Assembly (NCBI GenBank): GCA_964016885.1
Contig: OZ024743.1
Coordinates: 195,982,001 to 196,046,000, forward strand
Direction of reading: 5' to 3'
Origin: Eledone cirrhosa
Taxonomy: Eukaryota
DNA length: 64,000 nucleotides
Below are positions 1-15,811 of this stretch, one piece after another (positions within the stretch are counted from its first letter, which is position 1; the number at the start of each line of letters is the position of its first letter). A model generated the notes under the pieces. The model worked only from the letters and a program-made list of their open reading frames with translations. It was not told the DNA's origin and did not search any database. Both the position numbers and the translations under genes were made by a program.

Positions 1-1075
1 GTGAGTGAATAAGAAAATAGTATAGATATCTCAGTTGTCTCAAGCATGATACATGTGAAGGAACGTGCTGTCAAGACTATTCTACAAAACTAGTGGGGAT
101 TGTCAAACCGCTGCTGGGGAAGTGTGGGGAGAAATTTGAAGAATTATAGAAACATTACTTAAATGTTGCTGTTGTTAATTACTGTAATTTATTTGATCTT
201 GCAAGACAGTTAAAAACTATTCGGTCGTAATTATGCTATATTTTATTCAGATAAATTTGTCTACGACTTGCGACGTTCTTTTGGAATATAATATGGTAAG
301 ATGTATGTAACATGGCAGAGCTATTAGGTCAAATAGAATGTTTAGCCGTATTCCGGTCGAATCTTTCAATTCAATTCACAACGAGATCAACTTCGCCTTT
401 CTTATTTTCAAGATCGATATAAAATGTACCAGTGCAGTACTGGGATCGATTCTTTTTCTCTATCTCTTTCTTGCTTCCTCTTTATCTGTCTGCTTCTCGG
501 GAAGAAAGCGGCTTTGTTCAAACATGGTGAAGGGATGGGCTCCGCCAGGTTCAAAATGCCCCTATGATTACTTTAACATTTAAGGAATTATATAAATACA
601 CGCATAGGATTTAAGGGATACAGGTTCCCTTCGTTTGCTCATGCATATGAAGGTTGATGGTTGAAGAAAGACTTGAATAAAAAAAAAAATTAAAATAAAA
701 AAATTAAAAAAAGCAACTGGTAATATCTGTTAATAGTAAAATAAGAGAGTTGTTTTGTAGAATATGACACCACTTTTCTTAACAAAATTGAAATATATAG
801 TTATTGTAGACAGCAGGGAGCAGTTTCAAATAACAGATGAGAGATTTGTATCTTAGAAAATAAGATTTGGATTTATGGATGTTATGGATGTTATTAAGGC
901 TGGGCTGATTCCCGAGTAAAGGAGGAAAAAATGTCTTGTGGTTTTGAAAAAGAGTAAATGTACTGATATGAGAGACAATGAGGAAATCATGATTTAAGAG
1001 GTGCTTATAAATGTCGAGTGGATCTATATGAATAATTTAGCTGGTGGGTCACTCAAAATTCTGTTCTCACTAGAA

Positions 1076-1369
1076 CAGGCATGGGCAACCTTTTTCGAGA
1101 AGCGGGTTGCATGAGATATGGCTCATCATCAGGCGGGCCGCAAATGCTAATTTACATTCGTGCCCACATTAAGAAAAAAGGGGTGGTAACTCGGGTTGTT
1201 TTCAGTTCTTTCTTCAGAATTCGTACACGTTGTTTTCCCCAATCGTAAAAATTATAGAAAGATAAATTACGACTGAAAAGTTGGGGTAAAAAAAAATCAA
1301 AAAGATTTCACGTAGGTGACTTAGGCGAACCATACAGAAAGCTTTGCGGCCGCAGGTGGCCCATGAAGG
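1076..1369. mobile_element. hAT (Charlie-like) MITE
   Basis: Imperfect 15-bp TIRs (CAGGCATGGGCAACC / GGTGGCCCATGAAGG) with an exact 8-bp TSD CACTAGAA at 1068-1075 and 1370-1377. Confidence 0.8.
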
Positions 1370-2803
1370 CACTAGAACAATCCACTTGCTACGAACGTGT
1401 TGAGAGGAAGGACATATATGCCAGATGATGCAGTGGCGAAGGGTAACCTGGAAAGCAGGGCATGCAATCCAATCGCCATGGCGGAAAGTACGGCTGTACA
1501 GCCTTACCCCCCCCCCCTCATTCCCTCTAAACGACCCTCCAGCATGTAGTGTTATCTAGTGTGTGTGTGTGTGTGTTATCTTTTTATGTGTCTACGATTT
1601 AGTAAGCAGTCAAAATTCTGCTTGCCCCAAAGCTGTCGTGTGTTTGTGTATATATGTTTGTGTGTGTGTGTGTGTGTTATCATTTTTTGTGTCTATACGT
1701 TTTAGTAAGCAGCCAAAATTCTGCTTGCTTCAACCGACGCAATTGATCAACTCAAGATTATATAACGCATGCACGGACCCTTCGCCCCTGAGATGATGTG
1801 TTTATTACTCAGGGTATCACAAACAGAAATCCAGTGGCACTACGCTAGACAACGTATAGTCTGAAGCAATTCCGGGTTAATAAAGGCTTATTTCGAAATT
1901 TTCCGACAGATCGAACACGACAAATGTACTCAAGTGCCAGGAGACGGTATCAAGAGACTTAAACAAAACTGTAAGAGTTTCTCATGATAACAGCACTCAA
2001 GGCTGAATTAAATCCTTTTTAAGCCCCAAGCACTTAAAAGCTTATGATTTTATTATATAAAATCTGCCACTTTTTTTTCATAACAAATACGTTAAATTTT
2101 AATAAAATGAGGCCTAACTTATCCTCATGCTCTAATTGTGGTCTTATTTTGCGTATTGTTTAACCAGCTCTGGCTGCCCTAGAAAAGCTGTATTTCAAAT
2201 CACAGGGTCCCATTGTCTTCAACCGCAGACTGGTCACGTTTCGGAGCGACGAAGCTCTAGTTCTCTTTCGCTATAACTGTACTACTAGCAACATCTATAT
2301 AATGACTATAATTTGTGGATTACATCAAGGTTACAGAAAATAGAGATGGAATGAGAAAGAACGATAATGTTTGTGAGTGAGTGAAATTGAGAGTTTGAGA
2401 AAGACGTAAACAATATTTGAAGAGGGATTATATAGAGATGGAAGAAGTAAGAAATGTGAGAGACACTAGCAGAGGAAAGGGGGCAAGGGTGAGTAGACGG
2501 TATCTAAGAGGTTGAGGCAGCAGGTTGCAACTGGGATGGAAGGAGAAAATGGCGGACAGCAGGCGGTCCATCAAGATGAATTATAGCAAGCTGACGATGA
2601 ACAGAATATTTCTTGCCGTTCATTACTACCGACTGAGTGACTCATCAAGTTTTGGCCATTTACACGACTGTATTTATGTAGTATGGGAAATAAGAATAGA
2701 GAAAGAGAAAGAACTGAGAACGTGATCTTAATGTCTGAACAGACACGCATACACGTATACATACATACACAAATACGCACGCACACACATGTTTGTATGT
2801 ATT

Positions 2804-2877
<74 letters not shown>

Positions 2878-2917
2878 GTGTATATATATATTTATGTGTA
2901 TAAATATATATATGTAT

Positions 2918-3020
2918 AACGAAGGAATTGTGGTAAGGAACCAGATGGACCATAAATAGCCATCCAGAAATAGCCGTCGAAACGGCTTGAGCTCTGCCGT
3001 CGGGGTCATACTTGTTCCTA
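2918..3020. mobile_element. Short PLE family-A remnant (partial tail + inverted 3' half of HHR) in (TA)n
   Basis: Start matches 5055-5090; end matches 9670-9722; (TA)n on both sides. Confidence 0.8.
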
Positions 3021-3083
3021 TATATATATGTATATATATATATGTATATATATATGAATGTATATATATATATATATGTATAT

Positions 3084-3855
3084 ATACTCTTTTACTCTTT
3101 TACCTGTTTCAGCCATCCGGCTGAGGCCATGCTGGGGCACCGCCCTTGTTGCTACACATTTTATCTCCAGCCTGTATAGGCTGGCCACTGGTGTAAGAGG
3201 GAGTTTGTTGCTGTTGCCCTTAGGTTTCCCTCGTGCCTTGCTGTGGGCTCATCCGGGATCCTGGATAACAAGGTGTCGAGATGTTTCTTGAAGACATCCA
3301 CCTCCACGTCATGCAAATCTCTCAGATCCCTCGGCAGCTTGTTAAAGTGTTGAGGGCTATTGAATCCCAAGCTATTGCAATACCTGCTCCTTATTCTAGA
3401 TGTGGAAGACGGGACATTTGGCACCACACAGTGACGTCCTGTTCGAGGGTTGGTCCAGCTCCCAATGCCAAAGTTTGGTGCTAGTCCCTCCAGGATTTGC
3501 CACATGGAGTTCACTGCGTATCTCTCCCGTCTTCGTTCCAAGGAGTAGAGGTTCAGTTCCTTTAGCCTCTCCCAGTAGCTTGTCTCCTTCATCGTGGCAA
3601 TCCTCTTGGTGTAGCTTCGCTGGATTGCCTCAAGCTCCGTGGTTAGTTTGACACTATGGGGTGACGACAAATGGGAGAAGTAGTCCATGCGGCTTAGGAC
3701 AAATGTCCTCCATAGTGTCAACATGGTGTCTCGGCCTCTTGTCCGGAAAGTCCTCAAGATCCAGCCAGCGAGTCGTCTGCACATTGTCGCCACTTTCATG
3801 ATGTGTGAAGAAAAAGATGCATCATCGCTCATGTATATGCCCACGTCTCGTATCG

Positions 3856-3857
<2 letters not shown>
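3084..3857 (-). mobile_element. 5'-truncated CR1-group LINE (ORF2 C-terminus and 3' UTR)
   Basis: ORF 3161-3844 has LEAIQRSYTKRI..YWERLKELNLYSLERRRER; ends in a stem-loop and (AAAAGAGT)n tail. Confidence 0.85.
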
Positions 3858-3919
<62 letters not shown>

Positions 3920-3922
<3 letters not shown>

Positions 3923-4620
3923 AAAGTTTTATTTAAAATTGTTGGGTTACAACAAGTAAATATTTTATAACTGATATAAAGCACTCGACAAATTTTTGGA
4001 GTAGATATACGATATTAAACAAATGGAAACTATATTTATAAAACCATATTTATTTCATTATACATATTTCAGGGATACCATATTAAAAATATGGCATGCC
4101 TTCGTCAGATAAAATACAATATATAAACAGTTTTATAAATAATTTTGACATACCATAATATAAGCGACCATTAAATTAGGAGGCTGCCTTGGTAGTGAAG
4201 TGTTTATAATTATTTAGTTATAGTGTTAAGCACAGTTAGAAAAAAGACGGAGAAAAAGAAGAAAGGAGGTAAAGAAAAACAGAGAGAGAGAGGGGAGAGA
4301 GAAGGAAGGATGAGGTGAAAAAAGAGAGGCAACCGAAAGCAACAGACAAATAATAATAATTCACCATACAAATAGAGAGATTCAAGAGAGAGGGAGTACT
4401 ATATAGAGAGAGAGTACAGTAATTATTTAGTTATAGTGTTAAGCACAGTTAGAGAAAAGACGGAGAAAAAGAAAAAATGGAGATAAAGAGAAAACTGAGA
4501 GAGAGATGGGGGAGAAAAAGAAAGAGAGAGAGAAAATATAACTAGAAAGGGGGAAGTGAAAAACCAAGAGAGAAATAAGAGAGAAATATGAGAGGCAAAA
4601 CCAAAGCGACAGAATCTCTC
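3920..4620 (-). mobile_element. ORF-less PLE 3' end (pLTR + tail), relative of the 29.6-32.5 kb element
   Basis: 3920-4200 aligns with 29620-29810 and with the reverse complement of 32390-32548; abuts (TA)n; contains an HHR. Confidence 0.8.
4051..4116 (-). ncRNA. Type I hammerhead ribozyme (minimal)
   Basis: Minus strand TTTTAT-CTGACGA-stem II AGGCATGCCATATT/AATATGGTATCCCT-GAAA-TATGTA-TA-ATGAAA. Confidence 0.85.
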
Positions 4621-4803
4621 TAATGATATAGCATGGCAATTTACATATAAAGGTTTATTATGTAAATATGTATATATATATGTAAATTGCCATGCTATAT
4701 CATTTTGATGGATGTCATCCCACTGTGGATCAATATGTGCATATGTTTTTATATGTCTCTTGTGTTAAAAAGGAGGTCAAGTATGTTATAGATCACTAAA
4801 TAG

Positions 4804-4852
4804 TTGCTCCGAAGAATCCAAACCTCGGTTTGGAGGAAACAAATGTAAGCAA
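4804..4852 (+). ncRNA. Type I hammerhead, U4C core variant
   Basis: TTGCT-CCGAAGA-(A)TCCAAACC TC GGTTTGGA(G)-GAAA-CAAATG-TA-AGCAA; stems I and II pair. Confidence 0.65.
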
Positions 4853-4912
4853 ATAAATGATTTAAACTGAACTTTGATTATTGTAATCTCTCTCTATATA
4901 TATATATGTTAA

Positions 4913-4987
<75 letters not shown>

Positions 4988-5008
4988 ATATATATATATA
5001 TATGTGTA

Positions 5009-5055
<47 letters not shown>

Positions 5056-5146
5056 CGAGGGAAAAGTGGTAAGGAACCAGGTGGACCATAACGCACCAAA
5101 GTACTCAATACTTAGGGTAGTAGAGTGGGTAATAGGAGTAAGTAAG

Positions 5147-5241
5147 ACCCCGACGGCTGAGCTCAAGCCGTTTCGACGGCTAATTCTGTACTGAATGAAA
5201 AATCAGTTCTGGTATTTAAATAGCCGAACTTGTCAAGGGGC
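5147..5241 (-). ncRNA. Type I hammerhead, U3-A8 core (family A, copy 1)
   Basis: GCCCC-TTGACAA-stem II CGGCTA/TAGCCG-GAAA-CGGCT TGAGCTC AGCCG-TC-GGGGT; GUC triplet. Confidence 0.85.
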
Positions 5242-5571
5242 AATTCCATATATGGTCAAAGATATAATCACCAGGATTGATCATCCCACAAGGTAGTAGT
5301 AATTCAGCGATGGCAAGTTGGTGGGGGAGGTAGCCAAACCTGCCAGTAGGAGAAAAGGGGAGAGGGGGAGAGTAGACCCATTCATGCGTTGGTGGTGCCA
5401 GCTACAGCTGGGTGTGAGGTCAAAGAGGAGGCAGGGGAGGGGGAGTGGGAGGGGGAGGAGGTCAATACGGTAAGTAGAACGATGAAAATGTAAAACTGTA
5501 AAGGGTACTGAGAGAGAAAAGAAATATAAGCGGAATCTGGTTACTAGGAAATAGGCTGAAGAAATACATAA

Positions 5572-5806
5572 ATAAGTAAATAAGAAATACATAAAGAATA
5601 TTCCACATAAGTAAATAAGAAATACATGAATAATATTCCACATAAGTAAATAAGAAATACATAAGTAATATTCCACATAAGTAAATAAGAAATACGTAAA
5701 TAATATTCCACATAAGTAAATAAGAAAATATTCCACATAAGTAAATAAGAAATACATAAGTAATATTCCACATAAGTAAATAAGAAATACGTAAATAATA
5801 TTCCAC
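5572..5806. repeat. 35-bp minisatellite inside pLTR (second array at 8003-8177)
   Basis: Unit ATAAGTAAATAAGAAATAC-RTRARK-AATATTCCAC; 7 units here (one of 25 bp) versus 5 in the second pLTR. Confidence 0.9.
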
Positions 5807-5865
5807 AAGAAATACATAAGTGAGTAAATAAACAAATAAGTGAGTAAAAGGGTGGATAGATAGAT

Positions 5866-5900
<35 letters not shown>

Positions 5901-6276
5901 TAATTTAGAATAAAAAGAATAAGAAAACAAATGATAATGATAGAAATAGAAACCTAGGTGTGACGGAGATAAAGGGACCCTTATGCGGGGTATAAGTGCG
6001 TGTATCGTGCGGTGACGGGTCAACAGAGGGGGGGTCGGAATACTACAGAGACCACCACGAAAAAAATAAATAAATAACGGTTTCTACCTCAAACACCGGG
6101 CCAGCAACCACCCAGTGCAAGAAAGTAGACTAGTACGAGAATGTAATTCAGGGTCCCGCAAAAAAGTACTGGTACTAACTCTAAGGGTACCGCCACGAAA
6201 CAAAATGTCTTATACAGGCTACAAGAAAAGTCGTACGAATTAAAAATAAAGAACGGAGTTTTTGTAGGAATCGGTT

Positions 6277-7533
6277 GTGTCTGGGTTTGAATTTAACAAC
6301 CGATTCCTACAAAAACTCCGTAGCAACTTAACAGAGTATGATAACACCAATGACATCATGGCGCATTCGGATAAAACTGGGAACCTATACTTTGTCAACC
6401 CAGACAGATACCACACACTGATCAGGAGCAGCCTAAACTCCACCTATAAAAAGGCCAACCACTCATGCCTCGAGGACATTAATCGAGATGGACAACAAAT
6501 TACATCTAGCCTTGGGGTCACCGACCGCACCGAACCCCTAGACCCACGGACACCCTACTTTACACTGAAGGACCACAAATCTGATTTCGACCGTAAACCA
6601 TCTATCAGGCTTATAAACTCAACAATGTCCGACATAGGAAGAATCAGCAAAAAAATCCTAGACCGCGTGATACCTGAAGTCAAGCAACACGCCCGACTTA
6701 GCCTATGGATTAACACCCAGGAAGTTGTCTCATGGTTCAGCAATTTGGAGGATAAACGAGACACTAAATTTATCCAGTTCGACATAGAGAGCTACTACGC
6801 TTCAATCACCTTACCGCTACTCACTGCCGCCTTGGACTTCGCCGAAGCACTTGTGCCCATCACCGACCAGGAAAGAAAAATCATCCTCCACGCCAGGAAG
6901 ACAGTCTTACTCTTTGACAACTCCAAATGGATAAAAAGAGCTCCCGACTCACCCTTCGACGTCAGCATGGGCGCTACCGACTCGGCGGAGGTCACATATC
7001 TTATAGGATTATTCCTGATAGTCAAACTCACCGATATGTTTCCGGCTTTTGGTGGTGGATTGTACCGTGATGATGGGCTCCTTACCCTTAAAGGGTTCAA
7101 CCCCAGTAGTACAGACCGGGTCCGTAAACAATTAATCAGCTTCTTCCGCGACTGGGGATTTAAAATAACCCTACAGACGTCCCTGACCCGAGTTAATTTC
7201 CTGGACGTTACCCTCGATCTCAACAATGACCTGTACTACCCATACAGGAAACCCAATGACAACCTGCACTACATCCACCGCCGATCTAACCATCCCAGGA
7301 ACATCACCAACAACCTGGTCAAAAACATCTCCCTCCGTATATCCCGTTTGTCAGCTAATGAGAGGATATTCGATGAACACGCGCCTTACTACAACCAGGC
7401 CCTCAAGCGGAGTGGTTTCCGGGAGGAAATATCCTACTGTCCAGCTCTCATCAGCGGAACCAGCAGGCGACACCGCCGCTCACGAAATGTAACATGGTTC
7501 AATCCTCCCCACAACGCCGAGGTGAATCCATGA
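6277..7533 (+). pseudogene. PLE reverse transcriptase fragment (open frame, inverted within element A)
   Basis: SDKTGNLY, LKDHK..RLIN, QFDIESYY, MGATDSAE, GLYRDDG, VNFLDVTLDL, SNHP, WFNPP. Confidence 0.93.
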
Positions 7534-7577
7534 GCCTAAAGAAAATTTTCCCATCGGGAAATATAGGAGTAAGTAAG

Positions 7578-7672
7578 ACCCCGACGGCTGAGCTCAAGCC
7601 GTTTCGACGGCTAATTCTGTACTGAATGAAAAATCAGTTCTGGTATTTAAATAGCCGAACTTGTCAAGGGGC
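7578..7672 (-). ncRNA. Type I hammerhead, U3-A8 core (family A, copy 2)
   Basis: Same sequence as 5147-5241. Confidence 0.85.
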
Positions 7673-8236
7673 AATTCCATATATGGTCAAAGAGATAATC
7701 ACCAGGATTGGTCATCCCACAAGGTAGTAGTAATTCAGCGATGGCAAGTTGGTGGGGGAGTTAGCCAAACCTGCCAGTAGGAGAAAAGAGGAGAGGGGGA
7801 GAGTAGACCCATTCATGCGTTGGTGGTGCCAGCTACAGCTGGGTGTGAGGTCAAAGAGGAGGCAGGGGAGGGGGAGGGGGAGGGGGAGGAGGTCAATACG
7901 GTAAGTAGAACGATGAAAATGTAAAACTGTAAAGGGTACTGAGAGAGAAAAGAAATATAAGCGGAATCTGGTTACTAGGAAATAGGCTGAAGAAATACAT
8001 AAATAAGTAAATAAGAGATACATAAAGAATATTCCACATAAGTAAATAAGAAATACATGAATAATATTCCACATAAGTAAATAAGAAATACATAAGTAAT
8101 ATTCCACATAAGTAAATAAGAAATACGTAAATAATATTCCACATAAGTAAATAAGAAATACGTAAATAATATTCCACAAGAAATACATAAGTGAGTAAAT
8201 AAACAAATAAGTGAGTAAAAGGGTGGATAGATAGAT

Positions 8237-8273
<37 letters not shown>

Positions 8274-8758
8274 TTAGAATAAAAAGAATAAGAAAACAAA
8301 TGATAATGATAGAAATAGAAACCTAAGTGTGACGGAGATAAAGGGACCCTTATGCGGGGTATAAGTGCGTGTATCGTGCGGTGACGGGTCAACAGAGGGG
8401 GGGTCGGAATACTACAGAGACCACCACGAAAAAATAAATAAATAACGGTTTCTACCTCAAACACCGGGCCAGCAACCACCCAGTGCAAGAAAGTAGACTA
8501 GTACGAGAATGTAATTCAGGGTCCCGCAAAAAAGTACTGGTACTAACTCTAAGGGTACCGCCACGAAACAAAATGTCTTATACAGGCTACAAGAAAAGTC
8601 GTACGAATTAAAAATAAAGAACGGAAAATTAATACAGGAAAAAGGGAGAAAAGGGAAAAAGAAAGAGATACTGGATCGATAAAAAAAAGTGTAAAGGAAG
8701 ATCTTACGTCTCCATAGGTAAGCAGGGGTTACCCATTACAAAATAGGCAAGTGGGGCG

Positions 8759-9265
8759 TTATAGGCTACCCCCCGGGTCATTATGGGGTTTAAGGGCGAG
8801 GTAAGTCCTACGTAATCGGTGTTTACATGCAGTAACCAGTTCATCTTTCTTGTTAAGGAGTTGGTCCGTCGAAAACAGCATTTGTAATGTTTCCTCCGAG
8901 CATAAATTGCACGGACGGCGTCCTCCCGTGTAGGAGTTGGCTCTGGACAGTAATTTCCAAGTGAGATCATAGTTGATGTTGTTGTCCTTGAGGTCCCATA
9001 TGTGGCCCGAAAGTGTGGTGGCGTGACGCCGGGCTGGGTTTGGGAAGGTATGTCTGTGTTGGTATAGCCGGGTCTTGAAGTCGCATGCGGTCAATCCTAT
9101 ATAAGCTTTGTTGGAGGTGTCCGTGCTCACGTTGCACTGGTAGATCACATTATGGTCTCTGCATCTGTTGTCGAGGGGGCAACTTGATCTATCAGGACAG
9201 TTGCACCTCCTGGTCGGCTCTCCACTGCTATTTGGGTTGTTTCTTCCATCGGGGTTGAGTTTTTT
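8759..9265 (-). pseudogene. PLE linker and GIY-YIG endonuclease fragment
   Basis: CNCPDRSSCPLDNRC (CxCx5Cx5C), VIYQC..YIGLT..FKTRLYQH..TTLSGHIW..CNLCSEE..CKH. Confidence 0.9.
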
Positions 9266-9615
9266 TGTATCTCTTATTTACTTATTTATGTATTTCTTCA
9301 GCCTATTTCCTAGTAACCAGATTCCGCTTATATTTCTTTTCTCTCTCAGTACCCTTTACAGTTTTACATTTTCATCGTTCTACTTACCGTATTGACCTCC
9401 TCCCCCTCCCCCTCCCCCTCCCCAGCCTCCTCTTTGACCTCACACCCAGCTGTAGCTGGCACCACCAACGCATGAATGGGTCTACTCTCCCCCTCTCCTC
9501 TTTTCTCCTACTGGCAGGTTTGGCTAACTCCCCCACCAACTTGCCATCGCTGAATTACTACTACCTTGTGGGATGACCAATCCTGGTGATTATCTCTTTG
9601 ACCATATATGGAATT

Positions 9616-9710
9616 GCCCCTTGACAAGTTCGGCTATTTAAATACCAGAACTGATTTTTCATTCAGTACAGAATTAGCCGTCGAAACGGCTTGAGCTCAG
9701 CCGTCGGGGT
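9616..9710 (+). ncRNA. Type I hammerhead, U3-A8 core (family A, copy 3)
   Basis: Reverse complement of 5147-5241. Confidence 0.85.
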
Positions 9711-9720
9711 CTTACTTACT

Positions 9721-10649
<929 letters not shown>

Positions 10650-10665
10650 ATATATATAATATGTA

Positions 10666-10716
<51 letters not shown>

Positions 10717-10717
10717 T

Positions 10718-10806
<89 letters not shown>

Positions 10807-10902
10807 ATATATATGTATATATATATGTATATATATATGTATGTATGTATATATATTTATATATGTATTATGTATATATATATGTATATATATATGTGTA
10901 TA

Positions 10903-11785
<883 letters not shown>

Positions 11786-11789
11786 GTAT

Positions 11790-13208
11790 ATATGTATTTT
11801 TACAAATATATACACTGCCGAATTCATTCGCCTAATGTAGGGGTTCCCTCCCTTGCTAAACCCCACGTGGATTTAGTAACGGGTTCTTCTGTATATTTGA
11901 ACGAATAGCCTGTTGAGAAAGTGGTTTTCCTCGTTCATCTTTCTACCAGAAGCCGAATATTTTTATGTAATCTGACGGTAACTGATTTAGGAACCGCAGA
12001 AACCAAAAAGCTGGAATTTGCCATCATTCTAGCGGGTCCGGGTAAAGATATTTCATTCGTTTATTTTATTATTTGTCTTACCCGAATTTTCTTGGTCGTT
12101 TTTTTCGGCTGTGCGAGTGGTTTTAAGCATTATCTTTGTGTGTTGGTATTTATACGATAGTTATAGCTCTGGTTTATCCAAACTATTGAGCCCTTTGCCA
12201 CGCATTTCGAAGATTGTGGTTCGTTGTTTCGTGGGCCGAAATTCCGATTCTCGATGATTTATTTGTATTTATCTCCAGTCTTTAGCTATTGACCAGTTAA
12301 TTTTATGATTTTTTAGTTGATCTTATTGACTGATGAATAGCTCATGTTAATTTTAACCGGTCTGTTGAGAACTCTAATTCGATATGTGATATTTTGTATT
12401 TTTACAAATATATACACTGCCGAATTAATTCGCCTAATGTAGGGGTTCCCTCCCTTGCTAATCCCCACGTGGATTTAGTAACGGGTTCTTCTGTATATTT
12501 GAACGAAATGCCTGTTGAGAAAGTGGTTTTCCTCGTTCATCTTTCTACCAGAAGCCAAATATTTTTTATGTAAGCTGACGGTAACTGATTTAGGAACGGC
12601 AGAAACCAAAAAGCTGGAATTTACCATCATTCTAGCGGGTCCGGGTAAAGATTTTTCATTCATTTATTTTTTTATTTGTCTGACCCGAATTTTCTTGGTC
12701 GTTTTTTTCGGCTGTGCGAGTGATTTTAAGCATTATCTCTGTGTGTTGGTATTTAAACGATAGTTATAGCTCTGGTTTATCCAAACTATTGGGCCCTTTG
12801 CCACGCATTTCGAAGATTGTGTTTCGTTGATTCGTGGGCCGAAATTTCGATTCTCGATGATTTATTTGTATTTTTTTCATCCTTTCCACCCCCACCCCCT
12901 CTCTAAATAAAATATTTTTCCCAATATCACACATCAATCTAAAATTACTTTTCATATGTTGATTTAAAACTGCACTATCCACAAGTGTTTTTTAGCCTTC
13001 ATATCATGTCCTCCTGTTTTATCTGATGAAAACACAAATATTATTGCATGATGATGTTTGTTTTTGAAATGCGCATAATAAAATACATGGAACTCCTTTA
13101 ACCATCTTTTGATCTTATATTATGTATACTCCAGTCCTAAAAACTGTAGAGTGCTTCTTATCCGATATCTGCATTGCTTTATTGTACTACAATAAAACTC
13201 ACCTCCTA

Positions 13209-13212
<4 letters not shown>
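11790..13212 (+). mobile_element. ORF-less PLE 3' region with internal tandem duplication, HHR and tail
   Basis: About 11790-12270 repeated at about 12395-12870; 12930-13212 matches 62850-63132; (TA)n flanks. Confidence 0.75.
13015..13085 (+). ncRNA. Type I hammerhead ribozyme (minimal)
   Basis: TTTTAT-CTGATGA-long stem II-GAAA-TGCGCA-TA-ATAAAA. Confidence 0.88.
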
Positions 13213-13260
<48 letters not shown>

Positions 13261-13271
13261 ATATATATATG

Positions 13272-13435
<164 letters not shown>

Positions 13436-13446
13436 CATATATATAT

Positions 13447-13555
<109 letters not shown>

Positions 13556-13870
13556 CGAGGACAATCCCAAAAGTAAGATCTCCTTCCGATATTGCAACTT
13601 TTCCGTTAAAATCCTGTGGATTGTGCTTCGGGAAACCTCAGGAACCAAAATGCAGAGAGCATCCAGAGTGATCCGCCGATCTTTACGCATGCTTTCCTCG
13701 GAAGGAGACCTTACTTTTGTGATATTCGTATGCCAAGCCAAGATTGAGCATCCCAGCGAAGCGCGCACAGGCGTGTTTGGGAGTGAAGGAAGCACCAATC
13801 ACAAGAGTGTTGCCAACAGTTTCTCTGCGTCCCCATCGCTTTGGAAACCTTACTTTTCGGATTACCCTCG
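13556..13870 (-). mobile_element. Internally deleted mariner element
   Basis: 28-bp TIRs CGAGGACAATCCCAAAAGTAAGATCTCC / CGAGGGTAATCCGAAAAGTAAGGTTTCC, TA flanks, HTH remnant [27 protein letters not shown]. Confidence 0.88.
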
Positions 13871-13871
13871 T

Positions 13872-13930
<59 letters not shown>

Positions 13931-14038
13931 AGCATAAATTATCGAGAATCGCATTCCGGCACACGAAATAACGAAAAACTACCTCCGAGATATGTGGCAA
14001 GAGCTCAATGATTCTGATGAACCAGAGCTATACATATA

Positions 14039-14191
<153 letters not shown>

Positions 14192-14200
14192 GTATATATG

Positions 14201-14246
<46 letters not shown>

Positions 14247-14253
<7 letters not shown>

Positions 14254-14900
14254 GTGAGGTTTTTTTTTACAAAATGAAAAATAACCGAGGTGTCCTTCAC
14301 GATAAAGAAAAAGAGATGAAATCGAAAATGCAACTGAAGTCTTATTTTTTTTTTAAATATATATATTTATTTGGTTCCTTTACCGGTTTCGCAGTTCTTC
14401 TGCTTTTCAAAAGGTGAGTTGAGATGGAGGGTCTGAGGTTTTTCTCACATCTGGTTGGTCTCAGAATGTTACTTGTTTTATATGGAAAAAGTGGCTCGAA
14501 ATGCCAGGTTTTTCGAGAAGTAATTTGATTGGTTTGTCAATAATTATAATAAATTTCGCGCCAGTTCGCGTTACAATAGTTCTTCAAATAAGAGAGGGGG
14601 GGGTTGTCACAGGTTGTTTTTTTCATATATGAGTGTTTGAATTTCTTTTTACTTGAAAAAAGGAGGCTCACGAAGGCTTTTTTTTGGTTGGTTATAAATG
14701 AAATTTGGCTGTCACGTGAACAAGTTTTCATTACATTTTTGCGCCCTTATTTGGAAAACTATTCTGTAGTCTTTATAGTGAATGTTATGACAATGGATAG
14801 ATAGTGGTCAAGAGAAAAGGGATTGGGAGAAATGTTCTGGTTCAGTGAATATGGCCAGCTCGCCGGGGTGTCAGAGTTCAGATTTTCTATTGAGACTGAA
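14247..14900 (-). mobile_element. ORF-less PLE 3' end (family also at 47345-47664 and 63831-64000); inner boundary approximate
   Basis: Three near-identical termini TTAGAAAGTGAGG next to (TA)n; contains an HHR. Confidence 0.75.
14377..14414 (-). ncRNA. Minimal type I hammerhead, U3-A8 core
   Basis: CCTT-TTGAAAA-GCAG AAGAA CTGC-GAAA-CCGG-TA-AAGG. Confidence 0.85.
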
Positions 14901-14923
14901 GATATGTATGTTTATTTGTGTGC

Positions 14924-15021
<98 letters not shown>

Positions 15022-15589
15022 TGGAAGATGATTCTATTAGTAGAGATGAGGGAGGGAGTTGTGTGTGTGTGTATATGGGTGTTATGTGTGTGTGTGCGAG
15101 TATGTTAAGATGGAGAGAATATATATTTTGTGTGTGTGTATATATATATGTGTGTAGGAAAGTGGTTCTATTAGTAGAAATGTGGAGGGAGTTGTAGGTG
15201 TGAGGGTTGTTATGTGTGTGTATGGGTGTTATGTGTCTGGGAGTATGGTTAGCATGTTAAGATGAAGAGAATATATATATATATATATGTTGTGTGTGTG
15301 TGTATGTGTGTGTGTAGGAAAGTGATTCCTTTAGTAGGAATATTTTTGAATGAACATATTTTCCTTACTTTTTCGTGTTTGCTGTTGTATTGCCAGTGCA
15401 AACGTATGTTAAGGTTTATTTAGTTCGGGTTTTTATTTTCTAAAGTAGAAGGTGTTATGTGTGTGTGTGTATGTCATATTGTGGTGTTGACATAATGTAT
15501 ATTAAACCTTATTTAATGTTGGTCTATATTTTTGAATAAACATATATATAAACATATATATAAACATATATATACATATATATACATAC

Positions 15590-15634
<45 letters not shown>

Positions 15635-15722
15635 AATATATATATATGTATATATATATATATACACACATATATATATATGTATATACATGTATATATA
15701 TATATATATATATCTATATATA

Positions 15723-15811
<89 letters not shown>

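Noticed and set aside
5572-5806. CRISPR-like 35-bp repeats
   Set aside because: Contiguous tandem units without unique spacers, no cas genes, eukaryotic retroelement context.
5281-6023. Hydrophobic repeat ORFs (also 7712-8206, 9265-9576)
   Set aside because: Translations of the pLTR minisatellite and purine-rich UTR.
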